Source: an uncultured Gammaproteobacteria bacterium (GTDB taxonomy: Bacteria > Patescibacteriota > Patescibacteriia > UBA1558 > S5-K13). Taken from it: DNA of 64,000 nucleotides. The position numbers and the translations under genes are program-made. The stretch spans positions 8,864 through 72,863 of the forward strand of contig CAYRHT010000005.1 in the NCBI GenBank assembly GCA_964424195.1, given 5' to 3'. Positions 38,499 to 47,527 of the stretch are shown piece by piece (the first letter of the stretch is position 1; every line of letters begins with the position of its first letter). The notes below the pieces were generated by a model. It did no database searches and was not told where the DNA came from. It was given only the letters and a program-made list of their open reading frames with translations.

Positions 38499-40088
38499 AT
38501 GAAACAAACCATAAGAAAAGGCGTTGCTTATATTAGAGAATCTTCAGAAGAACAAGACAAGGGTTTCTCTCCTGATAATCAGGAGAGGACAATGAAAGAA
38601 TATGCAAAAAAACATAATATACAGATTATTAAATGGTATAAAGATTTAATTAGTGGAACTGGAGCATCCAAAAGAACTGATTTTCAAAAAATGATTACTG
38701 ATGCTAAAAAGCAAAAGTTTGATATTATATTGATATTCCATACTTCAAGATTTGCAAGAAATGTAAAGGAGGCTAGGAGTTATAAAGAATTACTTCGTCA
38801 ACAATTAAATATAGATGTTGTTTCTGTAACACAACCATTTGGAGACTGGAATAATCCCAGTGCTTTTTTAAATGAGGGTGTAAACGAATTATTTGATGAA
38901 TATTATTCAAAGCAATTGAGTTTTTGGGTAAGAAGTTCTTTAGGAGAAAAAAGAAAACAAGGAAAACAATTAGGCAATCCTCCTTTTGGTTATCATAAAA
39001 AAAGATTAGGTTATGATAGTGAGAGAGATAGACCAATTTATAGTCAAAAATGGTTAATCCATAAAAAAGAATCTAGTATAGTTAAAAAAATATTTAAGAT
39101 GTATTCTACGGGTAAATATTCTTATGCTGTTATTGCTTTTGAATTAAATAAACTAGGAATAAAAACAAAGTATAATAATGTTTTTACTTATACATCAATA
39201 AAAGGAATATTAAATAACCAAACTTATTTAGGGTATGTATATTCCCCACGTAAAAATCTAAAGACATTTAAAGGGGTTCATCCAGCAATAATATCTAAGA
39301 AACTATTTGATAAAGTTTGTAATGTTATAGCCGAAAGACGTAATACTATTGGGAGACCAGTTGCTCAATATAGATTTTATTTATTACAAGGTTTAGTTTA
39401 TTGCTATTATTGTTTTAGACATCTAAAAGGAAAAGAGGATAACCCTAAGGCTAGATTACTTCCAAAAATGTATTGTCAGGCATTAAGAGATAGAGAAAAA
39501 AATAAGGAGTATTTATCATACGGCTGTAAGTTCAAAAGAGAAAACAAGAGTTGCAAACAACCAAATGTTAAATGTGAAACAATTGATGACCAGGTCATTG
39601 ATTATATGAGAGGCTTTAAAATACCCAAAGAGATTATTGAACGAACGATAGAGAAATTACATACTTTGTTTGAACAGAATAGAGAGTCATCAGATAATGA
39701 GAATCAGGTAAGGAGATTGAAGTCAAAAAAAGGAAGACTAAATACTATGTATGAGAATGATGAAGAATATCCAGAAGAAAAATATTTATCAAAGCTGAAA
39801 GAGATAAATTCAGAACTATCTAAATACGATAAAACAAGTTTAATTGGTGGGAGTTCAAAGTCTATAGAAAAGATGTATATCAAAAAGACAGAGAAATTTT
39901 TAAATGACTTTAATCTTCTATGGGAAAAAATAGATGACCGTGAAAAGAGAGCTTGGATTCAAATGACTATAAAAAGAATATGGGTTAAAGATAAGACTGT
40001 TGTAGCCATAGAACCAAGAGATGATTTTAAGCCTTTATTCGTTTCTCATAGGAAAGTCTTAGGTCAAGCCCCATCACTCACCCCATGA
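38499..40088 (+). CDS. large serine recombinase (integrase)
   Basis: AYIRESSEEQ catalytic motif, SRFAR, PPFGY, recombinase domain, Zn ribbon (CYYC...C...C) and coiled coil; the last codons run through attR. Confidence 0.93.
   Translation: MKQTIRKGVAYIRESSEEQDKGFSPDNQERTMKEYAKKHNIQIIKWYKDLISGTGASKRTDFQKMITDAKKQKFDIILIFHTSRFARNVKEARSYKELLRQQLNIDVVSVTQPFGDWNNPSAFLNEGVNELFDEYYSKQLSFWVRSSLGEKRKQGKQLGNPPFGYHKKRLGYDSERDRPIYSQKWLIHKKESSIVKKIFKMYSTGKYSYAVIAFELNKLGIKTKYNNVFTYTSIKGILNNQTYLGYVYSPRKNLKTFKGVHPAIISKKLFDKVCNVIAERRNTIGRPVAQYRFYLLQGLVYCYYCFRHLKGKEDNPKARLLPKMYCQALRDREKNKEYLSYGCKFKRENKSCKQPNVKCETIDDQVIDYMRGFKIPKEIIERTIEKLHTLFEQNRESSDNENQVRRLKSKKGRLNTMYENDEEYPEEKYLSKLKEINSELSKYDKTSLIGGSSKSIEKMYIKKTEKFLNDFNLLWEKIDDREKRAWIQMTIKRIWVKDKTVVAIEPRDDFKPLFVSHRKVLGQAPSLTP
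40070..40085 (+). repeat. 3' fragment of tRNA-His (attR)
   Basis: CCCATCACTCACCCCA, identical to 31075-31090. Confidence 0.9.
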
Positions 40089-40115
40089 AATTTATAAATT
40101 TATAATATTACTTAT

Positions 40116-40247
40116 ATGCCAGCAAAAAGAAGAAAAGCAGTCGGTAAGAAGGATAAAAAAATAACTTCTAAAAAGACTGCAAAAAGATTAGAAGCTAAAA
40201 GAATCATGCTAGAGGAAAAAGCTAAAAAGAGAAAAGGAAAAAGCTAG
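40116..40247 (+). CDS. 43-aa highly basic protein MPAKRRKAVGKKDKK...KRKGKS (not in the ORF track)
   Basis: Clean ORF after the tRNA-His 3' end, followed by terminator AAGCACTTTT..AAGAGTGTTTTTT. Confidence 0.6.
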   Translation: MPAKRRKAVGKKDKKITSKKTAKRLEAKRIMLEEKAKKRKGKS

Positions 40248-40349
40248 ATTTTTTAGAGCATAGAAGCACTTTTAGAAATAAGAGTGTTTTTTTGTTGACA
40301 TTATAGTTTGTTATGTTAAGCTTTCCTCAAAGAAAAAAGGAGGATTGTT

Positions 40350-41549
40350 ATGAAACAGTCAGGTAATCCAGATGTTTGTATACTTTCTGAGATTGGTTTA
40401 TTGAAGAGAGTTATTGTTAGAAGACCGGGGGAAGAAATTTCCAAAGTAACTCCAAGTAATGCAGAAGAGTTATTGTTTGATGATATTGTTGATCCGCCCC
40501 TCATAAAGGAGGAACACGATATCTTCGTTCGAGCTCTTACTCGTTTGGGAGTAGAAGTTATTTATTTAGATAATTTGTCTTTAGAAGTTTTAGAGGCAGA
40601 TTCAAGAAATGTCTTTTTGAAAAATGTTATAAATGTCGGAACAGGCTTTATTAATAGCTTAGGAAACAAGTGCGATGCAAAAAGTTTTCTAGATTATTTA
40701 ATCATTGGGGATAGTATCCATCCGGAATTAGGACCTCTTAATCCTGCACCAAACTCTATCTTTACAAGAGATATTGGTTGTATTGTTGGGAATAAATTCT
40801 TACCAGCAATTCCATTTAAAGCTGCTCGTTTCAGAGAAATGTCTATAGCTCAAGAAACTCTTTCTTTACATCCGGATTTCGATCTTGAAGTTATATCTTC
40901 CCAGGAAGGTTTTTCTATTGAAGGTGGGGATATCCAGGTTTTAAGTAAAGATGTTATTGTTTTTGGTGTTAGTGAAAGAACTTCCAAAGAAGCGGTTAAA
41001 TCAATTGTTGAAGAACTTCATGAAGAAGGTTTTAATTTAGTTTTAACTGTAGATATAGGAAAAGCAAGATCTTGTATGCATTTAGATACTGTTTTTACCA
41101 TGATTAATAATGACGAATGTTTAGTCTACGAACCATTGATATTAGGTAATGATGAAGCAGGAATGAAAAAAGCAAAAGTTGTTGTTTATCAAAAAGGTTT
41201 AATGCCTATCATTTGTGAAGATTCCTTGTTGGATGTTTTAAATAGTTTGGGAATTAAACTGAAACCTATTGCCTGTGGTGGACGTAAAGATTTGATTTCT
41301 CAAGAAAGAGAACAATGGACTGATGGCGCAAATGCTTTAGCATTTCAACCGGGAGGAATTTTTGTTTATGAACGTAATAGAAAGACCATTGAAGAATTGA
41401 TAAAACACGGATATCAAACTATTAGAGCTGAAGATGTAAAAGAGCCCTTAGTAAAAGATCAAAAATGGGTTGTTATTTTGCAGGGCAAAGAACTTTCTCG
41501 AGGAAGAGGAGGATCTCATTGTCTAAGCTTTCCGCTCTTAAGAGTTTAA
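40350..41549 (+). CDS. arcA: arginine deiminase
   Basis: SEIGxLKRV, ELLFDD, FTRD, EGGD, MHLDT, REQW.DGAN, RGRGGSHCLS catalytic Cys. Confidence 0.9.
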   Translation: MKQSGNPDVCILSEIGLLKRVIVRRPGEEISKVTPSNAEELLFDDIVDPPLIKEEHDIFVRALTRLGVEVIYLDNLSLEVLEADSRNVFLKNVINVGTGFINSLGNKCDAKSFLDYLIIGDSIHPELGPLNPAPNSIFTRDIGCIVGNKFLPAIPFKAARFREMSIAQETLSLHPDFDLEVISSQEGFSIEGGDIQVLSKDVIVFGVSERTSKEAVKSIVEELHEEGFNLVLTVDIGKARSCMHLDTVFTMINNDECLVYEPLILGNDEAGMKKAKVVVYQKGLMPIICEDSLLDVLNSLGIKLKPIACGGRKDLISQEREQWTDGANALAFQPGGIFVYERNRKTIEELIKHGYQTIRAEDVKEPLVKDQKWVVILQGKELSRGRGGSHCLSFPLLRV

Positions 41550-41630
41550 GATTGATTCGAAAAGGTGCTTATTATAAATGGGCACCTTTTTTATTTTTAA
41601 GCATAATTTATAATTAATTTTATGAATTAC

Positions 41631-41659
41631 TTGACACGAGCCATTATATAGCTTATTAT
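41631..41659 (+). promoter_or_regulatory. sigma70 promoter of the T-box/argGH leader
   Basis: TTGACA-17-TATTAT. Confidence 0.75.
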
Positions 41660-41669
41660 CTTAATAAGA

Positions 41670-41897
41670 TGATGATAAAGAAGAGTATAAAAATTTTATC
41701 TTAATGAGCAACTGGAGTAGCTGAAAGTCCAGAAAGATAGATTTTTAGAAAAGAGTCTTTTAGTCGCCTCCGAAGAAAGTCAAATGACAAGTAGGTCGGC
41801 CGTTTAATCTCCGATAGTAGATAACTAAGCGCTTTGTTTTTACAAAGAATTAGGGTGGTACCGCGATAATTTCGTCCCTTTATAGGGACTTTTTTTA
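41670..41897 (+). ncRNA. T-box riboswitch, Arg (AGA) specifier
   Basis: Stem I with AGTA/GAA loop-E, GCTGAAAG box, specifier AGA at 41752-41754, T-box AATTAGGGTGGTACCGCG, terminator GTCCCT..AGGGAC followed by a T-tract. Confidence 0.9.
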
Positions 41898-41936
41898 TAG
41901 AAATTTTATAAAATATTATTAATAAAAGTAAAATAT

Positions 41937-43178
41937 ATGAGTAAGAAAAAAATTATTTTAGCCTATAGTGGTGGCTTAGATACATCTATCATTTTAAAAT
42001 GGCTAATTAATAAAAATTATGAGGTCATTTGTTTAGTGGGTGATCTTGGTCAACAAGATGATTTTAATAAAGTTAAGAAAAAAGCATTAGCCTTAGGAGC
42101 TTCTAAAGTTTATATTGAAGATATGAAAAAAGAGTTTGTGGAGAACTTTATATTTCCGGCTTTAAAGTGGAACGCTCTTTATGAAGGTCGTTATTTATTG
42201 GGCACCTCTTTGGCAAGACCATTGATATCAAAAAAACAAATTGAACTTGCTGAAAAAGAAAATGCAGAGTATGTTTCACATGGTGCGACTGGTAAGGGTA
42301 ATGATCAGGTTCGGTTTGAACTTGGTTACTATGCTTTAAATTCAGATATAAAGATTTTTTCTCCTTGGAAAGATGAAGATTTTTTAAAGGAATTTAATGG
42401 ACGAAGTGATATGATTAATTATGCTGAGAAATTTAATATTCCAATTAAAGTTTCTAAATCTAAGCCTTATAGCGAAGATGAAAATTTAATGCATATTAGT
42501 CATGAGGCGGGTATTTTAGAAGACCCTTTACATATTGCTGATGAGAGTGTTTTTAGTAAAACTGTTTCTCCTAAAAAAGCACCAAACAAAGAAATTATAA
42601 TTGAAGTTCATTTTAAAGATGGTGTTCCGATAAAAGTTGTTAATCAGAATAATAAAAAGATTATTAAAGGTTCTCTAAAATTATTTACATATTTAAATGA
42701 TTTAGGTGGTAAAAATGGTATTGGTCGTTTAGATATGGTTGAAGATAGATTTGTTGGAATAAAATCTCGTGGTATTTATGAATCTCCTGGTGCAGAAATA
42801 CTATGGAAGGCTCATAGAGATTTAGAAGGTATTGCTATGGATAGAGAAGTTATGCATTTAAGAGATTCATTAATGCCTGAATTTTCTAAAATTGTTTATA
42901 ATGGTTTTTGGTTCTCTCCAGAAATGGATTTTTTAATGGGAGCTGTTGAAAAAAGTCAGGAAGCAATTACTGGTAAGGTTATATTGTCTATCTATAAAGG
43001 TAACGTTCAAACAATAGGTAGATATTCCCCAACCTCTCTATATGATCAAAAAATGTCTAGCATGGACATAGAGGGAGGGTTTAACGCTTTAGATTCAAAA
43101 GGATTTATTGAGATTAATGCTATTAGATTAAAGGCTCATAATTTAATTATGAGTAAGAATAAGTCTTCTAAAAAATAA
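41937..43178 (+). CDS. argG: argininosuccinate synthase
   Basis: [33 protein letters not shown]. Confidence 0.96.
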   Translation: MSKKKIILAYSGGLDTSIILKWLINKNYEVICLVGDLGQQDDFNKVKKKALALGASKVYIEDMKKEFVENFIFPALKWNALYEGRYLLGTSLARPLISKKQIELAEKENAEYVSHGATGKGNDQVRFELGYYALNSDIKIFSPWKDEDFLKEFNGRSDMINYAEKFNIPIKVSKSKPYSEDENLMHISHEAGILEDPLHIADESVFSKTVSPKKAPNKEIIIEVHFKDGVPIKVVNQNNKKIIKGSLKLFTYLNDLGGKNGIGRLDMVEDRFVGIKSRGIYESPGAEILWKAHRDLEGIAMDREVMHLRDSLMPEFSKIVYNGFWFSPEMDFLMGAVEKSQEAITGKVILSIYKGNVQTIGRYSPTSLYDQKMSSMDIEGGFNALDSKGFIEINAIRLKAHNLIMSKNKSSKK

Positions 43179-43186
43179 ATAATAAA

Positions 43187-44368
43187 ATGGTTATGAAATT
43201 GTGGAAAAAAAAGCATAATTTGGATGAAGAAATTGAAAAGTTTACAGTAGGAAATGATTATATTTTAGATGAAAAAATAGTTAAATATGATTGTCAGGCT
43301 TCAATTGCTCATGCTAAAATGCTAAATAAAATTAATATTTTAACAGACGATGAATTAGATAAAATTGTTAAAGAATTAAACAACATTCTTGATAAGTCTC
43401 AAGAAGGGGATTTTAAGATTGATTTATCTCAAGAAGATGTTCATACAGCTATTGAAAATTACTTAGTTGATAAATTAGGTGATTTAGGAAAGAAAATTCA
43501 TACAGCTCGTTCTAGAAACGATCAAGTTTTAGTAGCACTAAGACTCTATTATCAAAATGAGTTAAGTGAAGTAAAGAAGGGAATTCTTCTTTTTCAGAAG
43601 TCATTACACTCTTTTATTAAAAATTTTGGAGAAATAGTAATTCCAGGATTTACTCATACTCGAAAAGCTATGCCTTCTTCAATAAGTATGTGGTCTAAAT
43701 CATTTATTGATTCAATGGACGATAATTTGAAATTAATTGATACATGTTTTGAGTTATTAGATCAATGCCCTTTAGGTACAGGAGCTGGTTATGGAGTTCC
43801 ATTAAAGATAGATTGTAAAATAACAGCGGAATTATTAAACTTTTCGAAAATACAAGAAAATCCAATCTATGCTCAGAATAGTAGAGGTAAATTTGAGTCG
43901 AGTATTTTACATTCTTTAAGTCAAATTAGTTATGATTTAAACAAAATGTCATCAGATTTAATCTTTTTTACTTATTCTGGTTTAGGACATTTTTCTTTAC
44001 CAGACGAGTTTTGTACAGGTAGTTCTATAATGCCTCAGAAGAAAAACCCAGATGTTTTGGAATTAGTCCGTTCTAAACATCATTCTATTTTAGCTGCTGA
44101 ATTTCAGGTTAAGGGTATGTTAAGTAATTTAATATCAGGATATCATCGAGATATGCAATTATTAAAAGAGCCGATGATTAAAAGTTTTAATGAAATTAAA
44201 AATTGTTTAAACATCATGAGTCTAGTTATTGGTGGTTTAGAAGTTAATAAAGCTAGAAGTAAAGAACTTATGACAGATGAACTTTATGCAACAGAAAGAG
44301 TGTATGAGTTAGTTAAAAATGGTGTTTCTTTTCGGGATGCTTATAAAAAGATAGGAAAAGAATTTTAG
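43187..44368 (+). CDS. argH: argininosuccinate lyase
   Basis: HTARSRNDQV, GSSIMPQKKNPD. Confidence 0.94.
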   Translation: MVMKLWKKKHNLDEEIEKFTVGNDYILDEKIVKYDCQASIAHAKMLNKINILTDDELDKIVKELNNILDKSQEGDFKIDLSQEDVHTAIENYLVDKLGDLGKKIHTARSRNDQVLVALRLYYQNELSEVKKGILLFQKSLHSFIKNFGEIVIPGFTHTRKAMPSSISMWSKSFIDSMDDNLKLIDTCFELLDQCPLGTGAGYGVPLKIDCKITAELLNFSKIQENPIYAQNSRGKFESSILHSLSQISYDLNKMSSDLIFFTYSGLGHFSLPDEFCTGSSIMPQKKNPDVLELVRSKHHSILAAEFQVKGMLSNLISGYHRDMQLLKEPMIKSFNEIKNCLNIMSLVIGGLEVNKARSKELMTDELYATERVYELVKNGVSFRDAYKKIGKEF

Positions 44369-44463
44369 TATTGACTTTTCTTATCTTTTTTATTATAATT
44401 TACAATTAATAATAAAAAATTGTTATTAACAAATTTAAAAAATAAATATAAGGAGGAAGGGAA

Positions 44464-46323
44464 ATGAATTTAAAAAAAGATTTAAAGTATCATTTAAGCA
44501 AGACTGAACAGGAAATAGTTAATTTCTTAAAGAATTTGGTTCTTAATACAACAGATTTGAAAGAAATAATTATTGATGAAAAGTCTTTAGAGAAGCCACC
44601 TCATAATATAGAGGGAGATATAGCTTTTTCTTGTTTTTCATTGGCTAAAGACTTAAAACAGGCACCAAAAATGATTGCTCAGAAATTAGAGAAAAAATTT
44701 GAAAGTACTGAAAATGGAATAATCTTAAACGTAAAGGCTGTCGGTCCGTATTTAAATTTATTTTTGAATAGAGAAAAGTTTTCAAAATTAGTTTTGGAAC
44801 AAATTGATATTGAAAAAAATAAATTTGGACATTCAGATTTGGGAAAAAAGATGCGAATAATGGTGGAATATTCTTCGCCAAACACTAATAAACCTCAACA
44901 TCTTGGACATGTTAGAAATAATGTCCTAGGGTGGACTTCGGCTCATCTTTTAGAAGTTCTTGGTTTTGAAGTAGTAAAATCTAGCGTTGTTAATGATCGA
45001 GGTATTCATATCTGTAAATCAATGCTTGCTTATCAGAAATGGGGAGAAGGAAGAACACCGGAATCTGAAAATATCAAAGCAGATCATTTCGTTGGAAATT
45101 TCTATGTAATGTTTGCTCAGAAGTTAAAGGAAGAAAAAGATGCTTATTATTCAGAGAGCAATATTAATCTTTCTGAATTAGATGATGCTGAAATGAAAGA
45201 TCTTGAAGAAAAGTTTCTTAAACAATCAAAATTATCTCAAGAATCTCAAGAAATGCTTCAAAAGTGGGAAGAAGGAGATTCAGAGGTGTTAGCGTTGTGG
45301 AAAAAAATGAATGCCTGGGTTTATGAAGGCTTTGAGAAGACATATCAATCTTTGGGAATAGATTTTGAAAAAGTATATTATGAATCTCTTCTTTATAAAA
45401 AAGGTAAAAACATTATCACTAAGGCATTGAAAGATGGTAAATTAATTCAAAGAAAAGATTTAGCAGTTATAGCTCCTTTGGAAAAGTATAATTTATCAGA
45501 CAAAGTGGTCTTAAGATCTGATGGAACTTCAATTTACATAACTCAAGATATTAATTTGGCTAAGGAAAAGTTTGAAGATTTCAATTTGGATTATTCTGTT
45601 TATTGTATTGGTTCAGAGCAGGATTTCTATATGAAACAACTTTTTGCAGTTTTAGAGCTACTGGATTTTCCATGGGCATCCAATATGTTTCACTTAAGTT
45701 ATGGTATGGTTAATCTTCCTGATGGAAAGATGAAATCAAGAGAAGGAACTGTTGTAGATGCGGATGATTTAATCCAAGAAATGATTGAGATGTCAAAAGT
45801 AACCTTAAAAGAAAGGTATACAGATTTAAAAGAAGAAGATATTAATCATCGTGCTGAAGCAATTGCTATCTCATCGATTAAAGTTTATATGTTAGGAACT
45901 AAAAGATTATCAGAGATGATTTTTGATCCTAGTGAATCTTTATCTTTTGAAGGTAAAACCGGTCCATATCTACAATATGTTTATGCTAGAATATCTTCTA
46001 TTCTTAGAAAAGCGGACTCTAAAATTAATAAATTGGACTGGTCTGAATATGAAATCAACGATAATGAATGGAATTTAATTAAGTCACTTAATGATTTTCC
46101 AGAAGCTATCTATTCAGCAGCTCTTAGTTTTGAGCCTGTTTACTTATTAAATTCACTTTTTGAAATAGCTCATATGTTTAATAAATTTTATAACAATGAG
46201 TCTATTCTAAAAGCAGACAATGAAAAAACTAAAAACTTTAGAATATTCCTTACACAGACTGCTCAACAAGTTATTGCTAACGGTCTAGATATTTTGGGAG
46301 TAGAAAAGTTAGAAGTAATGTAA
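44464..46323 (+). CDS. argS: arginine--tRNA ligase
   Basis: EYSSPNTNKPQHLGH, GKMKSREG, GPYLQYVYAR. Confidence 0.96.
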   Translation: MNLKKDLKYHLSKTEQEIVNFLKNLVLNTTDLKEIIIDEKSLEKPPHNIEGDIAFSCFSLAKDLKQAPKMIAQKLEKKFESTENGIILNVKAVGPYLNLFLNREKFSKLVLEQIDIEKNKFGHSDLGKKMRIMVEYSSPNTNKPQHLGHVRNNVLGWTSAHLLEVLGFEVVKSSVVNDRGIHICKSMLAYQKWGEGRTPESENIKADHFVGNFYVMFAQKLKEEKDAYYSESNINLSELDDAEMKDLEEKFLKQSKLSQESQEMLQKWEEGDSEVLALWKKMNAWVYEGFEKTYQSLGIDFEKVYYESLLYKKGKNIITKALKDGKLIQRKDLAVIAPLEKYNLSDKVVLRSDGTSIYITQDINLAKEKFEDFNLDYSVYCIGSEQDFYMKQLFAVLELLDFPWASNMFHLSYGMVNLPDGKMKSREGTVVDADDLIQEMIEMSKVTLKERYTDLKEEDINHRAEAIAISSIKVYMLGTKRLSEMIFDPSESLSFEGKTGPYLQYVYARISSILRKADSKINKLDWSEYEINDNEWNLIKSLNDFPEAIYSAALSFEPVYLLNSLFEIAHMFNKFYNNESILKADNEKTKNFRIFLTQTAQQVIANGLDILGVEKLEVM

Positions 46324-46417
46324 AATTATCAAAGCACCTTTGTTAAAAGGTGCTTTTTTATTTCCATAAACCTTTTAAAAGGTGTATTATATAAGAGTTA
46401 ATAAATAAAAATAAATT

Positions 46418-47038
46418 ATGAGAGATTTTAATAGAGGTAGAGGTGATAGAGAAATGCATGACGCAGTTTGTAATGAATGTGGCGATAATTGCAAAGTCCC
46501 CTTTAAACCTACTGGAAACAAACCTATTTTCTGTAGTCACTGTTTTGAAAATCAAGGTGGTTCAGATTCAAGACGTAATGATAGAGGTGGTGATCGACGT
46601 GATTCAAGACGAGGTGGAAGAGATTCTTTTAGATCTAATTCTCGAGACAGAGAAATGCATAGTGCAGTTTGTGATGAATGTGGCGATAATTGTGAAATCC
46701 CTTTTAAACCTAGTACTGACAAACCCATTTTTTGTAGTAATTGTTTTTCTAAGAAGAATGAAGGAAGAGACAGAGGGTCTAGAGGTGATAACAGAAATAG
46801 AGGTAAAGGGGATGATTTTGGAAAACAATTTCAAGCTATTACTGAAAAGTTAGATCAAATTCTACAAGTCTTGTCTCCAGCTAAAGCTAAAACAGTTACT
46901 AAAAAGAAAGCTACTCCTAAAAAAGTAGCTAAGAAACCAATAGCTAAAAAGAAAGTTGTTAAGAAAAAGGCTGTTGCTAAGAAGAAGCCTGCTAAAAAGG
47001 TTGCTAAAAAGAAAGCTACTCCTAAGAAAAAGAAATAA
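46418..47038 (+). CDS. CxxC-x17-CxxC domain protein (two repeats) with Lys/Ala-rich histone H1-like tail
   Basis: Two 'MHxAVCxECGDNCxxPFKP..KPIFCSxCF' units; KKATPKK repeats. Confidence 0.85.
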   Translation: MRDFNRGRGDREMHDAVCNECGDNCKVPFKPTGNKPIFCSHCFENQGGSDSRRNDRGGDRRDSRRGGRDSFRSNSRDREMHSAVCDECGDNCEIPFKPSTDKPIFCSNCFSKKNEGRDRGSRGDNRNRGKGDDFGKQFQAITEKLDQILQVLSPAKAKTVTKKKATPKKVAKKPIAKKKVVKKKAVAKKKPAKKVAKKKATPKKKK

Positions 47039-47087
47039 AGATTATTTAAAATATCTAAACTAGTCTCTTTAAGGGGCTAGTTTTTAT

Positions 47088-47140
47088 TTGACAAAGTATC
47101 TTATTAGTAATAAGATACTAATAGGAATCATTATTATTAA
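47088..47140 (+). promoter_or_regulatory. promoter with palindromic operator for the Fur/PerR operon
   Basis: TTGACA(47088)-17-TAAGAT; perfect 12-1-12 palindrome at 47095-47119; Fur/Per-box-like GGAATCATTATTAT downstream. Confidence 0.65.
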
Positions 47141-47150
47141 GATATTAGAA

Positions 47151-47516
47151 ATGGAGAGAAATACTTCTCAAAAACAGATTATCAAAGAATATTTATCTAG
47201 CGTTGAAACTCATCCTAGTGCTGAGGAGGTTTTTTTAGCTGTCCAAAAGAAATTACCTATTATTAGTAAAGCTACGGTTTATAGAATTTTGAAAGGTTTT
47301 AAAGAACAAGGATTAGTTAACGAGATTATCTCCAATGTCAGTCATTTTGATGGAGATCTTTCAGCTCACGCTCACTTTATTTGTAATAAATGTCAGAAAG
47401 TTTTTGATGTCTTTGAATCTAAGGTTGAGATTAAGTATAAAAAAAATATTAAAGCCGGAGAAATAGATAGTCATCAAGTCTATTTCTATGGTATTTGTAA
47501 TAAGTGTAAAAAATAA
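47151..47516 (+). CDS. Fur/PerR family transcriptional repressor (start ATG 47151)
   Basis: HPSAEEV, ATVYRIL, HAHFICNKC, CNKC. Confidence 0.9.
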   Translation: MERNTSQKQIIKEYLSSVETHPSAEEVFLAVQKKLPIISKATVYRILKGFKEQGLVNEIISNVSHFDGDLSAHAHFICNKCQKVFDVFESKVEIKYKKNIKAGEIDSHQVYFYGICNKCKK

Positions 47517-47527
47517 TAAATAAAAAT

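Larger units (their letters stand above)
30341..40072. mobile_element. ~9.7 kb integrative element (large serine recombinase, putative rolling-circle Rep, XRE/ImmA) inserted in tRNA-His
   Basis: Flanked by the complementary halves of tRNA-His with a shared CCC core; joining the ends gives a dyad-symmetric attP; recombinase at the right end. Confidence 0.88.

Noticed and set aside
30341-40072. Prophage or conjugative ICE
   Set aside because: No capsid, terminase, tail, lysis, VirB4 or coupling-protein genes are recognisable.
31075-40085. Classical island bounded by a 16-bp duplication of the tRNA-His 3' end
   Set aside because: It does not explain the 5' tRNA fragment at 30278-30340 in the native operon position. 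The attP dyad symmetry appears only when 40072 is joined to 30341. Kept as a less likely alternative.
46443-46853. 136-aa alternative-frame ORF overlapping the CxxC-x17-CxxC gene
   Set aside because: A shadow frame of a repetitive, recognisable gene, with no independent start signals.
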